Shown here piece after piece: positions 27,504-38,002 of a stretch of 64,000 nucleotides of DNA. This DNA comes from an uncultured Candidatus Saccharibacteria bacterium. GTDB taxonomy: Bacteria > Patescibacteriota > Minisyncoccia > UBA6257 > 2-01-FULL-56-20. Location of the stretch: assembly GCA_964646415.1 (NCBI GenBank), contig CAZYEL010000001.1:394-64393 (forward strand), written 5' to 3'. Position numbers and translations under genes: made by a program. Numbering within the stretch: the stretch's first letter is position 1; each line of letters starts with the position of its first letter. The notes under the pieces are model-generated. The model searched no databases. It saw only the letters and a program-made list of their open reading frames with translations, and was not told where the DNA came from.

Positions 27504-28607
27504 CTATTTAACAAACGGATTTGCCGCCCCCAATACTTCAAAATGCACATGGCACCCGGAAGCGTCTCCCGTATCGCCCATTGTACCGATTTGCTGCCCT
27601 TGTTTTACGTATTCTCCCACTTCCGTCGTTGCCTCTTTCAGGTGGGCATAGCGCGTCCGTATATTCGCTCCCGCCGGGTGCTCGATAAGCACAAATTTTC
27701 CGTAGCCTCCATTCCAGCCATCATTGCCCTCGCCGTATCGCTCATCCGGAATCACCAACCCCTCCGCAGCAGCGAGCACGGGGGTGCCGCACACGCCCGC
27801 GATATCCACCGCGCTCACCGGGTGTAGGCGCCCCCAATTAAACCCCGCCGCAGGAAAAATGAAATACCCTTTGAGGACGGGAAGCGGTTTTCCCTGCTCC
27901 GTTGCGCGCACCCCCGTCGCACCCGGGACGATCAGACGCGTACCCGGACCAATCATCGCGAGATTTACCGACCGGTTCACGCTTGCAATGTCTCCCGAAG
28001 CAACGCTGAAAATATCGGCAATGGATTCGAGAGTGTCGCCGTCTTTCGCGATATACACGACGCCGGACATCGGAGGAATCTGTAACGTTTCTCCTACGGT
28101 GAGCCGACTGGCCTTTACGCTCGGATTCGCCCTAAGCACGGTTTCCAAAGAAACCCCGAATTTCGCGGCAATTTTAGAGAAAGTATCGCCTCGTACCACT
28201 TTATATGAAACGAACTCTGCCCGTGGAGAAAATCCCGGTGCGGTTCCAAAATCATTCAACATTGTCGGTTGCGTCGTCTGCGCCTGCGCGGTGAGCAACT
28301 CTTCTCTGAAATCCGCGGCGTGCGCAGGAAACATCCCGAGCCGAGGCTGGCTTGCGACGAATGCGCCTGCGGCAAAAAAATTTCCCCATCGCGCCTGCGG
28401 CGCCGACCCGCCCACCGACCGCTCAAGGACGGAGCTGTGACGGGCTGGCCCGCCCCACACCCCTTTTTCAGCTCCTTGTACAGGCCCTATAAACACGCTT
28501 AAAAAGCTTGCGGCAACAAGCCCCGCAAGCAAAAAAACGGCCATAGCGAATGGCTTCTCCGCGCGCCAAAGTTCCCGTACAATAGCCTTACTGATAGGAT
28601 ACAGCAT
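27504..28607 (-). CDS. M23 family metallopeptidase with two LysM domains
   Basis: LysM repeats ('YKVVRGDTFSKIAAKFGVSLETVLRANP', 'YIAKDGDTLESIADIF') and the M23 motif 'GNDGWNGGYGKFVLIEH...GDASGCHVHFEV'. Confidence 0.75.
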   Translation of the reverse strand: MLYPISKAIVRELWRAEKPFAMAVFLLAGLVAASFLSVFIGPVQGAEKGVWGGPARHSSVLERSVGGSAPQARWGNFFAAGAFVASQPRLGMFPAHAADFREELLTAQAQTTQPTMLNDFGTAPGFSPRAEFVSYKVVRGDTFSKIAAKFGVSLETVLRANPSVKASRLTVGETLQIPPMSGVVYIAKDGDTLESIADIFSVASGDIASVNRSVNLAMIGPGTRLIVPGATGVRATEQGKPLPVLKGYFIFPAAGFNWGRLHPVSAVDIAGVCGTPVLAAAEGLVIPDERYGEGNDGWNGGYGKFVLIEHPAGANIRTRYAHLKEATTEVGEYVKQGQQIGTMGDTGDASGCHVHFEVLGAANPFVK

Positions 28608-28617
28608 ACCACGCTCT

Positions 28618-30456
28618 ATGGATTTATCTAACCTTGATCCTCAGCAACAACGCGCCGTACAATCTCCCCATGTTCCGCTCCTGATCGTCGCAGGAGCAGG
28701 AACGGGGAAAACACGCACGCTCACAAGCCGACTTCTTCTTTTTATCGAACAAGGGGTGGCGCCTTCCCGCATTTGCGCGCTCACCTTCACCAATAAAGCG
28801 GCGCGGGAGATGGCAGAGCGGGTCCAGCGACAAGCGACAAGCGACAAGCGACAAGGAGAACCGTTCATCGGCACATTCCACTCGCTTGGCGCACGAATCT
28901 TGCGCGCCGACGCGCGCGAGCTTGGCCGCACTCCGCACTTCACGATTTTCGACGACCATGATGCGCTCTCCGCAATAAAAAAAGTGCTGAAGGAATTGGA
29001 TATGAGAAGCACCAAGCCCGCACGCCTTCTTCAACTCATCTCTTTCACAAAAAGCGGCGCGGCGCGCGGAGAAAAATTCCACGCTAAGAACGAACAAGCG
29101 GCGCTGGAGCGTTACGAGACTTTCCTTGCGCGCAACAATGCTTTTGACTTCGACGACCTCATTGCAAAAACCGTATGGCTTTTCGAAAAGAAGCCCGCAA
29201 TTCTCGCAAAATACCGAGAGCGCTACACGCACATCCTCGTTGACGAATACCAAGACGTGAGCCCCGGGCAATACGCCCTCGTACGCCTCCTTGCGGGGCA
29301 ACGCAACCAAGTAAGCGTCGTGGGAGACGACGCGCAGATGATTTACGGATGGCGCTATGCGAACCTCGAAACCTTTCTCGGTTTCGAGCGGGATTGGCCA
29401 AATGCCCGCGTCGTTTTCCTCGAAGAAAACTACCGATCCACCGCAACAATCGTGCACGCAGCTTCCGCGGTCATCGCTCACAACAAAATAGCCCGCGAAA
29501 AGAATCTCTGGACGCAGAACCCCGACGGGGAACCGCTTGCCATTATTGAAACAGCCGATGAGAACGACGAAGCGGAGTGGGTGGCGCAGCGCATAGCTGC
29601 GCAGTATGAGAGTAAAAATAAACATGCCGAACCTCATTCTCATACCCATGCTTATTCTTCCCCTTCGACGGCCGTGCTCTACCGCACGAACGCCCAATCG
29701 CGCGCAATCGAGCAAGCGCTCCTGCGGCGCGGCATTCCATACCGTATCTATGGCGGTCTTAAATTCTACGAGCGCCGGGAAATAAAAGATATTATCGCCG
29801 CGCTTCGCCTCACCCTGAACCCCCAAGATGAGATAAGCCGTGAACGGCTCGAGAAAGCGTTCCGGGTGCGCACATTCCGCGAGCTCCTTCCCATACTCCT
29901 CGCAAACGGCAAAAAAAGTCCCGCCGCGGCAATCCAATCATTCCTCGCCGCAGCAGATTATTTCGATTACCTGGAACGGGAAATGACAAACTCCGAAGAG
30001 CGCCGCGAGAACATAAGCGAACTCATCCGCTTTGCGGAAGGGTTTGCCGAACTTGCACCCTTTCTTGAGCATGTCGCATTAGTGCAATCAACTGACGATA
30101 TGAATGCGAGCAAGCAATCGCTCTCCTCCGCAAACAAACCTGCCGCGCATCTTTCCACCATTCATCTCGCAAAAGGTCTTGAATTTGACCGGGTATTTCT
30201 CGTAGGGTGCGCGGAAGGGCTTCTTCCCCACGCACGCTCAATGGAAAGCGGAGAGGGAATAGAAGAGGAGCGCCGGCTTATGTACGTTGCCATGACGCGC
30301 GCGCGGCAGGAACTTGCAATCTCATTCTTTGGAATTCCTTCCCGGTTTATCGGTGAAATCCCCGCCGGTTTGCCACATTTCATACGAACCGAACACTCTT
30401 CCGATTTTGAAGCGGGAACCGGCGAAACCGAAATCCAGCTTCTGGACGAAGAATAG
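28618..30456 (+). CDS. uvrD: UvrD/PcrA-family ATP-dependent DNA helicase
   Basis: Motif I 'AGAGTGKTRTL', Ia 'TFTNKAAREM', II 'ILVDEYQDV' and motif VI region 'YVAMTRARQEL'. Contains the in-frame (GCGACAA)4 repeat at 28826..28856. Confidence 0.9.
   Translation: MDLSNLDPQQQRAVQSPHVPLLIVAGAGTGKTRTLTSRLLLFIEQGVAPSRICALTFTNKAAREMAERVQRQATSDKRQGEPFIGTFHSLGARILRADARELGRTPHFTIFDDHDALSAIKKVLKELDMRSTKPARLLQLISFTKSGAARGEKFHAKNEQAALERYETFLARNNAFDFDDLIAKTVWLFEKKPAILAKYRERYTHILVDEYQDVSPGQYALVRLLAGQRNQVSVVGDDAQMIYGWRYANLETFLGFERDWPNARVVFLEENYRSTATIVHAASAVIAHNKIAREKNLWTQNPDGEPLAIIETADENDEAEWVAQRIAAQYESKNKHAEPHSHTHAYSSPSTAVLYRTNAQSRAIEQALLRRGIPYRIYGGLKFYERREIKDIIAALRLTLNPQDEISRERLEKAFRVRTFRELLPILLANGKKSPAAAIQSFLAAADYFDYLEREMTNSEERRENISELIRFAEGFAELAPFLEHVALVQSTDDMNASKQSLSSANKPAAHLSTIHLAKGLEFDRVFLVGCAEGLLPHARSMESGEGIEEERRLMYVAMTRARQELAISFFGIPSRFIGEIPAGLPHFIRTEHSSDFEAGTGETEIQLLDEE
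28826..28856. repeat. heptanucleotide microsatellite (GCGACAA)4 inside uvrD, encoding RQATSDKRQ
   Basis: 'agcgacaagcgacaagcgacaagcgacaagg' is a 31-nt exact sense-strand match to the gyrA copy. Confidence 0.9.
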
Positions 30457-30461
30457 GCCTC

Positions 30462-31682
30462 CTAACTTGTCCCCGCCATATACAACTTCCCGTCATAATT
30501 ATCAACCGCACAACACTCACCTTCGCACACCGGCTGTTCGCACTGCCCCGACTCCCGGTTGTAAAGCCCGACAATATTTTGTCCCGCGTTCGGGTTTTTA
30601 TTGATATAGAAAAGTGGAGAGGCGAAAGTTGACCACGAAACAAAAAGAGCAAGGGAGCTGTCATTCACCGCGTTGTTGAGATGGATAACAAAACCGGTAT
30701 TGCATACCGAGCAGTCCATCCTGAAACTGATTTTGCCCCCAAATGGAGGTTTTCCTCCTACCTGCGCGTGCGCCCTTCTGACAAAGAAAGAAGAAAGTTG
30801 CGTGAGTACGTTGAAAATATCCGGAGCGTGGAACGATGTCTGCCACGCGCGTTTTCCAAACTCATTATTGTAATACGTCCCGGCGGCATCATACGCACTT
30901 ATTTTTTGCCGAAGTTGCACAGAGGGATTCCCGTCGCTCGCGAGAAGTTCATTAAGAAGTCCCTCGGTAAGCATATCGAATGCCACCATGGCGCGGGCAA
31001 GCTCCACTGCTCCGCCCGAAACTTTTACCGTTTTCACATACGCAATGCGCGCAGCGACAAAGTCGCGCACCGTAAGAAGCGAGGGCTTCGCCGCCGCCCA
31101 CCCTCCGGGCAAAAGAGCCATATCCATAAGATCGGCGACGGCGTAAGGAACCCCGTCACTTTCCCTTAAAATCGACACAAAGCGGGCACGCTCAAATTGC
31201 AACTTCGCCCCGGAATCCACGATGATGCCCGCAAACTCATCAAAACTTTGTACCCCGCCCAATGCAACCGACAATTCGCTGTCTCGAACCGGAGGAAGAG
31301 GGAGAGGGGACTCTGCGGGCAGTGCACTCTTTTTCACTTTCTTCAAAGTCGCCACACTCTCTTGCGGCGTACTAGTAAGCGAGGGGCTTGAGGGCATCGG
31401 TATTGCTAACTGCGGCAAGGAAGGAATCTCAAAAGACGGGATGCCGGAAATCGGCGCAAGTCTGTTTCGTCCCGAGGGCACAAATGCGTTTGGTGGGCTT
31501 GGCTTCGCCGGTTGCGGTGCCGGAGGTTGTTGCGCCAACGGAAGTTCTCCGTCCCCGCCGCGATGAGGGATAAACAAGGGGATAATCGCCACGGCAACGA
31601 CAAATGCGCCTGCGAGCATGAATGCCGCCCACCAAAGTTTCGAGCCATGCAACATCTCTCTATTATATATCCAACACTTCAC
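30462..31682 (-). CDS. hypothetical secreted/membrane-anchored protein with proline-rich linker (probable start MLHGSKLWW at 31655)
   Basis: An N-terminal TM helix, a Pro-rich spacer and a C-terminal Cys-containing domain. No known motif. Confidence 0.4.
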   Translation of the reverse strand: MKCWIYNREMLHGSKLWWAAFMLAGAFVVAVAIIPLFIPHRGGDGELPLAQQPPAPQPAKPSPPNAFVPSGRNRLAPISGIPSFEIPSLPQLAIPMPSSPSLTSTPQESVATLKKVKKSALPAESPLPLPPVRDSELSVALGGVQSFDEFAGIIVDSGAKLQFERARFVSILRESDGVPYAVADLMDMALLPGGWAAAKPSLLTVRDFVAARIAYVKTVKVSGGAVELARAMVAFDMLTEGLLNELLASDGNPSVQLRQKISAYDAAGTYYNNEFGKRAWQTSFHAPDIFNVLTQLSSFFVRRAHAQVGGKPPFGGKISFRMDCSVCNTGFVIHLNNAVNDSSLALFVSWSTFASPLFYINKNPNAGQNIVGLYNRESGQCEQPVCEGECCAVDNYDGKLYMAGTS

Positions 31683-31712
31683 ACTTCACACTCCACCGTT
31701 CATAATGCTCGC

Positions 31713-32627
31713 ATGTCCGGAGCACGTTTGGGTCAACACTTCCTCCACGACCGCGCAGTCTTACGCGTGGTTGCTGACGCGCTTCAGATTGCGCCGGGCG
31801 ACATAATCATCGAAATCGGCGCGGGGCATGGGGAACTTACAAGCGAGCTTCTAGCTTTAAGCGATAAGCTTCCCACAAAGCCTCCAAAGATTATCGCTCT
31901 CGAAAAAGATTCGAAACTCGCCGAACAACTACGAACAACGTTTTCAGCGAGAGGAGTGGAAATTATAGAAAGTGACGTGCGAGAAATTCTTCCTTCTCTC
32001 GCCTTAGAGCTTAAAGCGCAAAGCTATAAGTTGGTGGGGAACATTCCCTACTATCTCACCGGGTTTCTGCTCCGCATTGTGGGCGACCTCGCGCCGCTTC
32101 CGGCACGCGCGGTCTTCACGATGCAAAAGGAAGTAGCGGAGCGAATTGCTGCGCGCCCCTCCCACATGACCCGTTCGGCGCGCTCAGGGTCATCCCGAGC
32201 CTGCCGAGGAATGAACCAGCTTGCCGCGAGCGTGCAGTTCTGGGCGAAACCAAAAATTCTCGGCATTATTCCCCGCTCCGCATTCGTCCCGCCGCCCGAA
32301 GTCGACTCCGCCATCATTGTGCTCACGCCGCAGACCGACGCAGACATAACGCAGAAACACGCGGAAGGAGAGCGGGCAAATCCGGAGCGGTACTACGCCG
32401 CGGTGCACGCGCTTTTCCGCCAGCCGCGCAAGACGCTGCTCAACAACATCGTTGATGCGACCAACCTTCCGAAAAATAAAGTGGCCGCTGCGCTGGAGAG
32501 AATGGGAATTGGGTCCACGGCACGCCCTCATAATCTTTCTCTCTCGCAAATCTCCGCACTTGCCGCCGATTTTGCTTTCCCAGCCGCAAAAAGTCCCCGC
32601 GAAGAACGAAGAAGCGCCCGTAAGTAA
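31713..32627 (+). CDS. rsmA: 16S rRNA (adenine1518/1519-N6)-dimethyltransferase RsmA/KsgA
   Basis: 'GQHFLHD', SAM-binding 'IIEIGAGHGELT' and 'GNIPYYLT'. The ORF-track start at 31512 is an upstream extension. Confidence 0.85.
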   Translation: MSGARLGQHFLHDRAVLRVVADALQIAPGDIIIEIGAGHGELTSELLALSDKLPTKPPKIIALEKDSKLAEQLRTTFSARGVEIIESDVREILPSLALELKAQSYKLVGNIPYYLTGFLLRIVGDLAPLPARAVFTMQKEVAERIAARPSHMTRSARSGSSRACRGMNQLAASVQFWAKPKILGIIPRSAFVPPPEVDSAIIVLTPQTDADITQKHAEGERANPERYYAAVHALFRQPRKTLLNNIVDATNLPKNKVAAALERMGIGSTARPHNLSLSQISALAADFAFPAAKSPREERRSARK

Positions 32628-32646
32628 GGGGGACTCCCGCCTAAAA

Positions 32647-32663
32647 ACCCCGCCACACGCGGG
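32647..32663 (+). terminator. hairpin after rsmA (weak terminator candidate, no T-tract)
   Basis: 'ccccgc cacac gcgggg'. Confidence 0.25.
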
Positions 32664-32756
32664 GTGTGCATAATCTTGCGTGGTTTGTGCGGCGCACTCC
32701 CTCTATAATAGAGGTGGCGGAGTCTATCCACCGCCGTTCCACACCTTTTCCACATC

Positions 32757-35468
32757 ATGGTTCCCAATATAAAGAAGCTCACTGCGGGGTTTCTCGTCTT
32801 TGCCGCGCTCGCGACGATGCTTTCTTTGGGATTCTCGACGCTTCTTTCATCATCCTCTTCGCAACCCACTCCCTCCGCGACCGCTTCCATAGAATCCCGC
32901 GCAGGGGAGAATGCGTTCATTCCGAAAGACCAGGCCGGAGCAACTTCCCTCGCGGATGGAACGATGCCCGTGCTGGGCGGCGCCCCCGCCGCATCCACAA
33001 ATCTTACGCTGCGCCTGGGAAGTCTTCTTGCGCAGGAGGTCATCCACACCAACGACACACTGGGGACCCTCAACGCTCCGCCCGCAGGACTTGTGGCCCC
33101 GAAAAAGAAAGAGCTCGAAACCGCGATTCAAACGAGTCTCGCAAACCTTTCCGAGGCGAGCACATTCCTCCCGCAATTCGACGAGCCCATAACAAACAAC
33201 GCCCTCACTATTCTCGCCGCGCCGCGCGCGGAGGATTTTTCGCGCTATACCGACGCCACCTCGCGTGCGCTTGAAGAAACCGTCGGGAGCGCAACTTTTG
33301 AAAAATTGCTCGCCGGGAAAGCAAGCCTTGAAACGGCGTACGCCGCAACCGCGATGTACGGCAACCTCACACAAACTCTTGCCCTGATCCCCGTTCCCCA
33401 GCCGCTCATAGGATTCCACAAGAGCGTCATTGCTGCGGTACGAAACCGTAAAACGCTCGTCGATGTGGCCTTGGGGGATTTCTCCGACCCGCTGAAATCA
33501 CTCGCCACAATCCAAAGCCTTGAAAGCCGCGTCGAAGAAATTCTCGACCGCGACGCCGAAAACATAGAACGGGAAGCGGCGCGCGTCCGCAGCATTTCAT
33601 TCGCTGCTCCCGCGGACACGCGGGACATCCTTGCAACCATTTTCGGCATTGAGCGCGCATTCGCACAGGGAGCGGAGGTCCCCGTGAAAGATAAGATGCT
33701 CACCACGACTGCGAAAAGCCTGACCGGGGAGCAAAAGAAGTCCAACGCGCAGAATTGGTTGCGGCGCCTCTGGGATTTCACCCAAAAAGTGCTTCTCCAG
33801 GAACTCAAGAACCAGATCATCGCCATGCTTGAACAGCAAATCGTGAATTGGATAAACGGCGGCGGCAAGCCCCAGTTCGTCACCGACTGGAAAGGGTTTA
33901 TCGGGGACGCCTTCAACAACGCCGCAGGCGCGGCGATTGACAAAATACTCCCCGAACTCTGCATGCCGCTGAACGCCCGGACCTATATCAACTTTACGCT
34001 CCGGCCCCCTCTCATTCCAGTCTACACCGGCTGTACGCTGAATCAGGTAATCAATAACGTGAAGAACTTTGCAAATGATTTCAGGAACGGCGGCTGGCTT
34101 CAATACAGCGTAACCATACAGCCCACCGGCAATTACTTCGGCGGCCTCATCGAAGCGCATGATGCGGGGCTCTTCGCGGGACTTGCGGGGTCCGACGCCG
34201 CAAAGAACAAGGCGCTTGCGGGAGCCGGCTTCCTGGGAAGCGAGATATGTCCCTCAACCGGCAAGCCGCCCGACGAAGAAGGTTCGCTCTACGGCTACCC
34301 CTGCCCGGGAAACGAACAACCAATCACCCGGACTCCGGGGAAAGTGCTGGGAGACACGCTCACCAAAGGACTCTCCTTGCCCTCCGAACTTATTGTGAAC
34401 GCGAACGACATCGCCGGGCTCGTCGCGGTGGTGACCGATGCCGCGCTCACGCGGCTCATGGCGGTGGGCCTTAGCGCCGCGGGGAAAGCAACCGGCAAAG
34501 GTTTGAGCGACGTCCCGCCGAGAACGGCAACAACCGCCACAAACGTAACCGCCGCGGCTGCAGCCCAAAAAGCCGCCGCAGACAACCCAATTGCCCCGCC
34601 CACGGAGAGCGACGTGCAGAACGAAGTTGCAAAGAGCGTGGAAGTTGGCGATGCTGGAAACGAAACGTTCCCTCCCGCAGAAGCATTGGCATCAAGAATT
34701 GACTTGTCGAATATTTGTCTTCTTTGCGCCACGCAAAGCTACACAGAACCCCGTAGTGACGGGAGTGGTCCCGCCAGAGCGGCGATTGACGGCTCCCTAA
34801 GCACATTCTCAAGCACCTTTGGCAGTTCTCCCGCGTCGTGGGAAGTAGCCCTCCCCATCCCTCAATACCTTGATGAAATCCAGGTCCAAACTAACGCGGG
34901 GTATCCCATGTCCAAGTCCGCAGGGAACAACGGGCCTCTGCTTGTGCTCTACGAAGCGGGAACAAGCCCCCTTCGCCGCTACACCATCACACTGCCCAAC
35001 GCGACGTACAGTCGACGGATAAACCTCACCACGGAACGGATGCGGGATGCGAACGGCAATGAAGTTGCGACCCCTCCGAACAAAATTGAGGTGGCAAAAG
35101 TACGATTTGAAGCAAGCCAACTCCTTCTTGCCGAAGTGGAACTTTTCCGCCATATGAGCCCTGAAGTGGATATCTCGAAGGTCCCGTCCACGCTTACCAA
35201 AGCGGCTGCGGCAAACCTTGACCCCTTGCAGTGGGTGAGCGCCATCGCCTACCCGGCGCACAATAGCGCTCCGCAGCCCGCGCCCTTGGCCGTCATCACG
35301 GTTACCATCACCGAGAACAAGGAGCGCGACGCGAGCAGGATGGAACCTCTTAGCCAAAGCCCGCTCCGCTATGGCCTCGCCCCGGGCTCCTATCGCTTCA
35401 TCTACACCGCCACAGTCGGGGGAGAAACAACCGCGCCGCGTACGCGCACCGTCACGGTAACCGAATGA
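32757..35468 (+). CDS. large secreted protein of unknown function; first gene of T4SS-like operon
   Basis: 903 aa with an N-terminal signal/TM helix and Thr/Ala/Pro-rich regions. Its stop overlaps the next gene start (ATGA). Confidence 0.5.
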   Translation: MVPNIKKLTAGFLVFAALATMLSLGFSTLLSSSSSQPTPSATASIESRAGENAFIPKDQAGATSLADGTMPVLGGAPAASTNLTLRLGSLLAQEVIHTNDTLGTLNAPPAGLVAPKKKELETAIQTSLANLSEASTFLPQFDEPITNNALTILAAPRAEDFSRYTDATSRALEETVGSATFEKLLAGKASLETAYAATAMYGNLTQTLALIPVPQPLIGFHKSVIAAVRNRKTLVDVALGDFSDPLKSLATIQSLESRVEEILDRDAENIEREAARVRSISFAAPADTRDILATIFGIERAFAQGAEVPVKDKMLTTTAKSLTGEQKKSNAQNWLRRLWDFTQKVLLQELKNQIIAMLEQQIVNWINGGGKPQFVTDWKGFIGDAFNNAAGAAIDKILPELCMPLNARTYINFTLRPPLIPVYTGCTLNQVINNVKNFANDFRNGGWLQYSVTIQPTGNYFGGLIEAHDAGLFAGLAGSDAAKNKALAGAGFLGSEICPSTGKPPDEEGSLYGYPCPGNEQPITRTPGKVLGDTLTKGLSLPSELIVNANDIAGLVAVVTDAALTRLMAVGLSAAGKATGKGLSDVPPRTATTATNVTAAAAAQKAAADNPIAPPTESDVQNEVAKSVEVGDAGNETFPPAEALASRIDLSNICLLCATQSYTEPRSDGSGPARAAIDGSLSTFSSTFGSSPASWEVALPIPQYLDEIQVQTNAGYPMSKSAGNNGPLLVLYEAGTSPLRRYTITLPNATYSRRINLTTERMRDANGNEVATPPNKIEVAKVRFEASQLLLAEVELFRHMSPEVDISKVPSTLTKAAAANLDPLQWVSAIAYPAHNSAPQPAPLAVITVTITENKERDASRMEPLSQSPLRYGLAPGSYRFIYTATVGGETTAPRTRTVTVTE

Positions 35469-37996
35469 TGAAAGGGATTCTCCATATGTTTCTCGAAAAG
35501 GCGCGCCGCATGCGCCGGTTTCTCTCCGCGCACCGCGTTGCCGCGGTAGCCGTTCTCTCTTTATCCGGTATTGCTCTTGCGCTTCCCCAAACCACGGAAG
35601 CGACGATATTCGGATGGATGGCGGGCGCAGTGGGAAGCGTAGTGGGAGATGTCGCCGGGTCGGCAATCGGCTGGGCCGCATTCACCCTTGGCTACATCAT
35701 TGCCATGCTTGTGGGAGCGCTCATAGGCGTTGCCGCCTATGGCATCAATGTCGTTCTCCAACTCAACACACACGTAGTGGATGCCATTGCGGTCCAGCAG
35801 GGGTTCAGGGTGACGCTCTCCCTCGCAAACCTCGGCTTCGTACTCGCGATTATCGTCATCGCCATTGCAACCATCGTCCGCTACGAATCCTACGGGATGA
35901 AGAAGGTGCTTTGGAAGCTTATTGTCGCCGCACTCCTCGTAAACTTCAGTCTCGTGATTGCCGGAAGCATCATCAATTTTTCGGACCAGCTCTCTGGTTC
36001 ATTTATCACGGCGTTCCCGGGGCAACAAACAGGCGGCACGATGCTTGATGATGCGGGCGCGAAAGTTGCCGGAATTCATAACTTCGCATCCGGCCTTGCA
36101 GGCGCCTTCAACCCTCAACGCAGCTGGACATTTGCCGCCCTGGGGAAAGCCGACTCCGGGGCGCAGGCGGCATCTGCGGGCGGGCAAGGACTCGGCAAGC
36201 TTTTTGTCCCCTTCATCCAACTCATATTTACGGCAGTCACATCGATTTTCATCCTTTTCGCGCTCCTCTCCCTCATCGTGCTCCTGATGATCCGCTACAT
36301 CTACCTCGGCATCCTCCTTATCCTCATGCCGCTCGCCTGGCTCCTCTGGATTTTCCCCCTGACCGAGAAAAACTGGAGTAAATGGTGGGGAAAATTCATA
36401 AAATGGACGTTCTTTGCCCCCATTACCCTCTTCTTCCTCTGGCTCGTCATGCTTACCTCCTCCGCGATGAGCAAGAGTGGGGGCGATGACCCTATTGGAG
36501 GCTTGAGCGGATTGGGATATGTGCCCGCAGGAGGGGAGGGCATCCTTGCGGAGATCGGGGCGCTCTTCGGCGGAGCCATCAATCAGATACTTGGCAGCTT
36601 CCTCCAGGCCACGATTCTCGTGGCGCTCACCATTGCCGGATTCTTTGCCGCGAATGCGCTGGCGCTCGAAACTTCGAAAGCCGCGCAAAAAGTGATGCAC
36701 GCAGCGAATAGCTATGTCGGGCGGCGCATGGGCCATTACGGCGGTCGCGCGATGAACCGACTCGGAGCGCAAAGACTTGCGACAGCCGCACAACGACAGG
36801 GCCTGAGCGGACTCCGTAATTTCAGCAGTAATATTGGCGGAAACAGCCACCCAATACTCCAAAAAATCCTTAAGCCCGTCAATTGGGGGGTTAATACGTT
36901 AGTAAGGGGAACAGGATACGCCGCTTCCATCGTCCCAGGGGGGAACTACCTTACACGAGCGATGGGCCGCGGGGCGCAGGCCGGGCTCACCGCAACAGGC
37001 GCTGGGATAGTGGACGAAGAGGCAAAGCACGTCAAAAAAGAAACCAAAGGGTACACCGGCGCACAGAAAGGCTCGATACTCGCGGGCATGAATCCCGATG
37101 CCCAAAAAGCCCTGCTCGAGGATATGCTGAAAAAGAAAGAGTTAAAGCACGCGCTTTGGCAGGAAAAATTATGGGCGCCCGATACTAAAGAAGAATGGGA
37201 GCGTGTCGGCAAAGGAGAGGTGTACGACAAGCTCAACGAAGCATTCCCGGGAGGGCATGAGCGGACAACGGTGGAAAGGGCGGCAAAGGTGTACGAAGAA
37301 GCCCAGAAAACCGCGAGAGCGAACGCCGAAAAGACTGTTGCGGCGACTTTCACGAAAGAGGAACTTGACAAGACGCCTGCAAAAGATAAGGAAGCGCTCA
37401 TCGCCCAAGAAACTGACGAGGAGATGAGGAAAATGCAGAACAATCCGGAGTCCCCACTCAATAAAGGCGTCGAAATGCTTGCCAAAGCCGCGGGGGACGC
37501 AACAGAGGTGCCACCCATGGAAAAACTCCTGCATATCGCGGAGGAACAGCTTCGCGTGACGAAGAAAAATGCAAAGACCGTCATCGGCTCCTTCTTCGGC
37601 GAGAAGCCCGTGCCTGGATACACTATGGCGGAAACAAAGGTGATGAGCCGCGTCTATGTAACCACGGTCGCCAACGCGAACCCCACAATGGTCCCGAACC
37701 TGATAGCAAACATGAACTTCGCGGAAACAACGCAATTCGGCGCCGAGTACGGGGGTTATCTGACGAGTGAGATAGACCGCCTCAAGAAATCGAACGCCAA
37801 CCCAGAGCGTCTTAAGAAATTCCAAAAGAGCCTCAAGGACCTTGAAAGAATCATCGCCCGGCAAGGTTTCTCCGAAGGACCGCAAGAAAAAGAGGAGGGG
37901 GAAGAAAAAGAGGAGGGGGGCGACGACCACGGCGAAGAGAGCATCCACGTCAGCCCAGCCATAGATACGAGCGGCGGCGAACGTCCTCACTCATAA
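35465..37996 (+). CDS. VirB6/TrbL-like polytopic inner-membrane protein with large hydrophilic C-terminal domain
   Basis: 843 aa. The first ~430 aa hold at least 7 hydrophobic helices with a TrbL/VirB6-like architecture. It is co-operonic with the VirB4 ATPase. Confidence 0.5.
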   Translation: MMKGILHMFLEKARRMRRFLSAHRVAAVAVLSLSGIALALPQTTEATIFGWMAGAVGSVVGDVAGSAIGWAAFTLGYIIAMLVGALIGVAAYGINVVLQLNTHVVDAIAVQQGFRVTLSLANLGFVLAIIVIAIATIVRYESYGMKKVLWKLIVAALLVNFSLVIAGSIINFSDQLSGSFITAFPGQQTGGTMLDDAGAKVAGIHNFASGLAGAFNPQRSWTFAALGKADSGAQAASAGGQGLGKLFVPFIQLIFTAVTSIFILFALLSLIVLLMIRYIYLGILLILMPLAWLLWIFPLTEKNWSKWWGKFIKWTFFAPITLFFLWLVMLTSSAMSKSGGDDPIGGLSGLGYVPAGGEGILAEIGALFGGAINQILGSFLQATILVALTIAGFFAANALALETSKAAQKVMHAANSYVGRRMGHYGGRAMNRLGAQRLATAAQRQGLSGLRNFSSNIGGNSHPILQKILKPVNWGVNTLVRGTGYAASIVPGGNYLTRAMGRGAQAGLTATGAGIVDEEAKHVKKETKGYTGAQKGSILAGMNPDAQKALLEDMLKKKELKHALWQEKLWAPDTKEEWERVGKGEVYDKLNEAFPGGHERTTVERAAKVYEEAQKTARANAEKTVAATFTKEELDKTPAKDKEALIAQETDEEMRKMQNNPESPLNKGVEMLAKAAGDATEVPPMEKLLHIAEEQLRVTKKNAKTVIGSFFGEKPVPGYTMAETKVMSRVYVTTVANANPTMVPNLIANMNFAETTQFGAEYGGYLTSEIDRLKKSNANPERLKKFQKSLKDLERIIARQGFSEGPQEKEEGEEKEEGGDDHGEESIHVSPAIDTSGGERPHS

Positions 37997-38002
37997 TCAT
38001 TC

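Noticed and set aside
31512-31712. Upstream extension of rsmA (ORF-track start 31512)
   Set aside because: The extension overlaps the divergent hypothetical gene and encodes a Cys/Arg-rich peptide. The conserved KsgA N-terminus begins at MSGARLGQHFL (31713).
33597-35681. Minus-strand ORFs (33245..33964, 33597..34160, 34809..35681) inside the first T4SS-operon gene
   Set aside because: They are antisense to a large ORF that is translationally coupled to its neighbours. None shows a domain signature.
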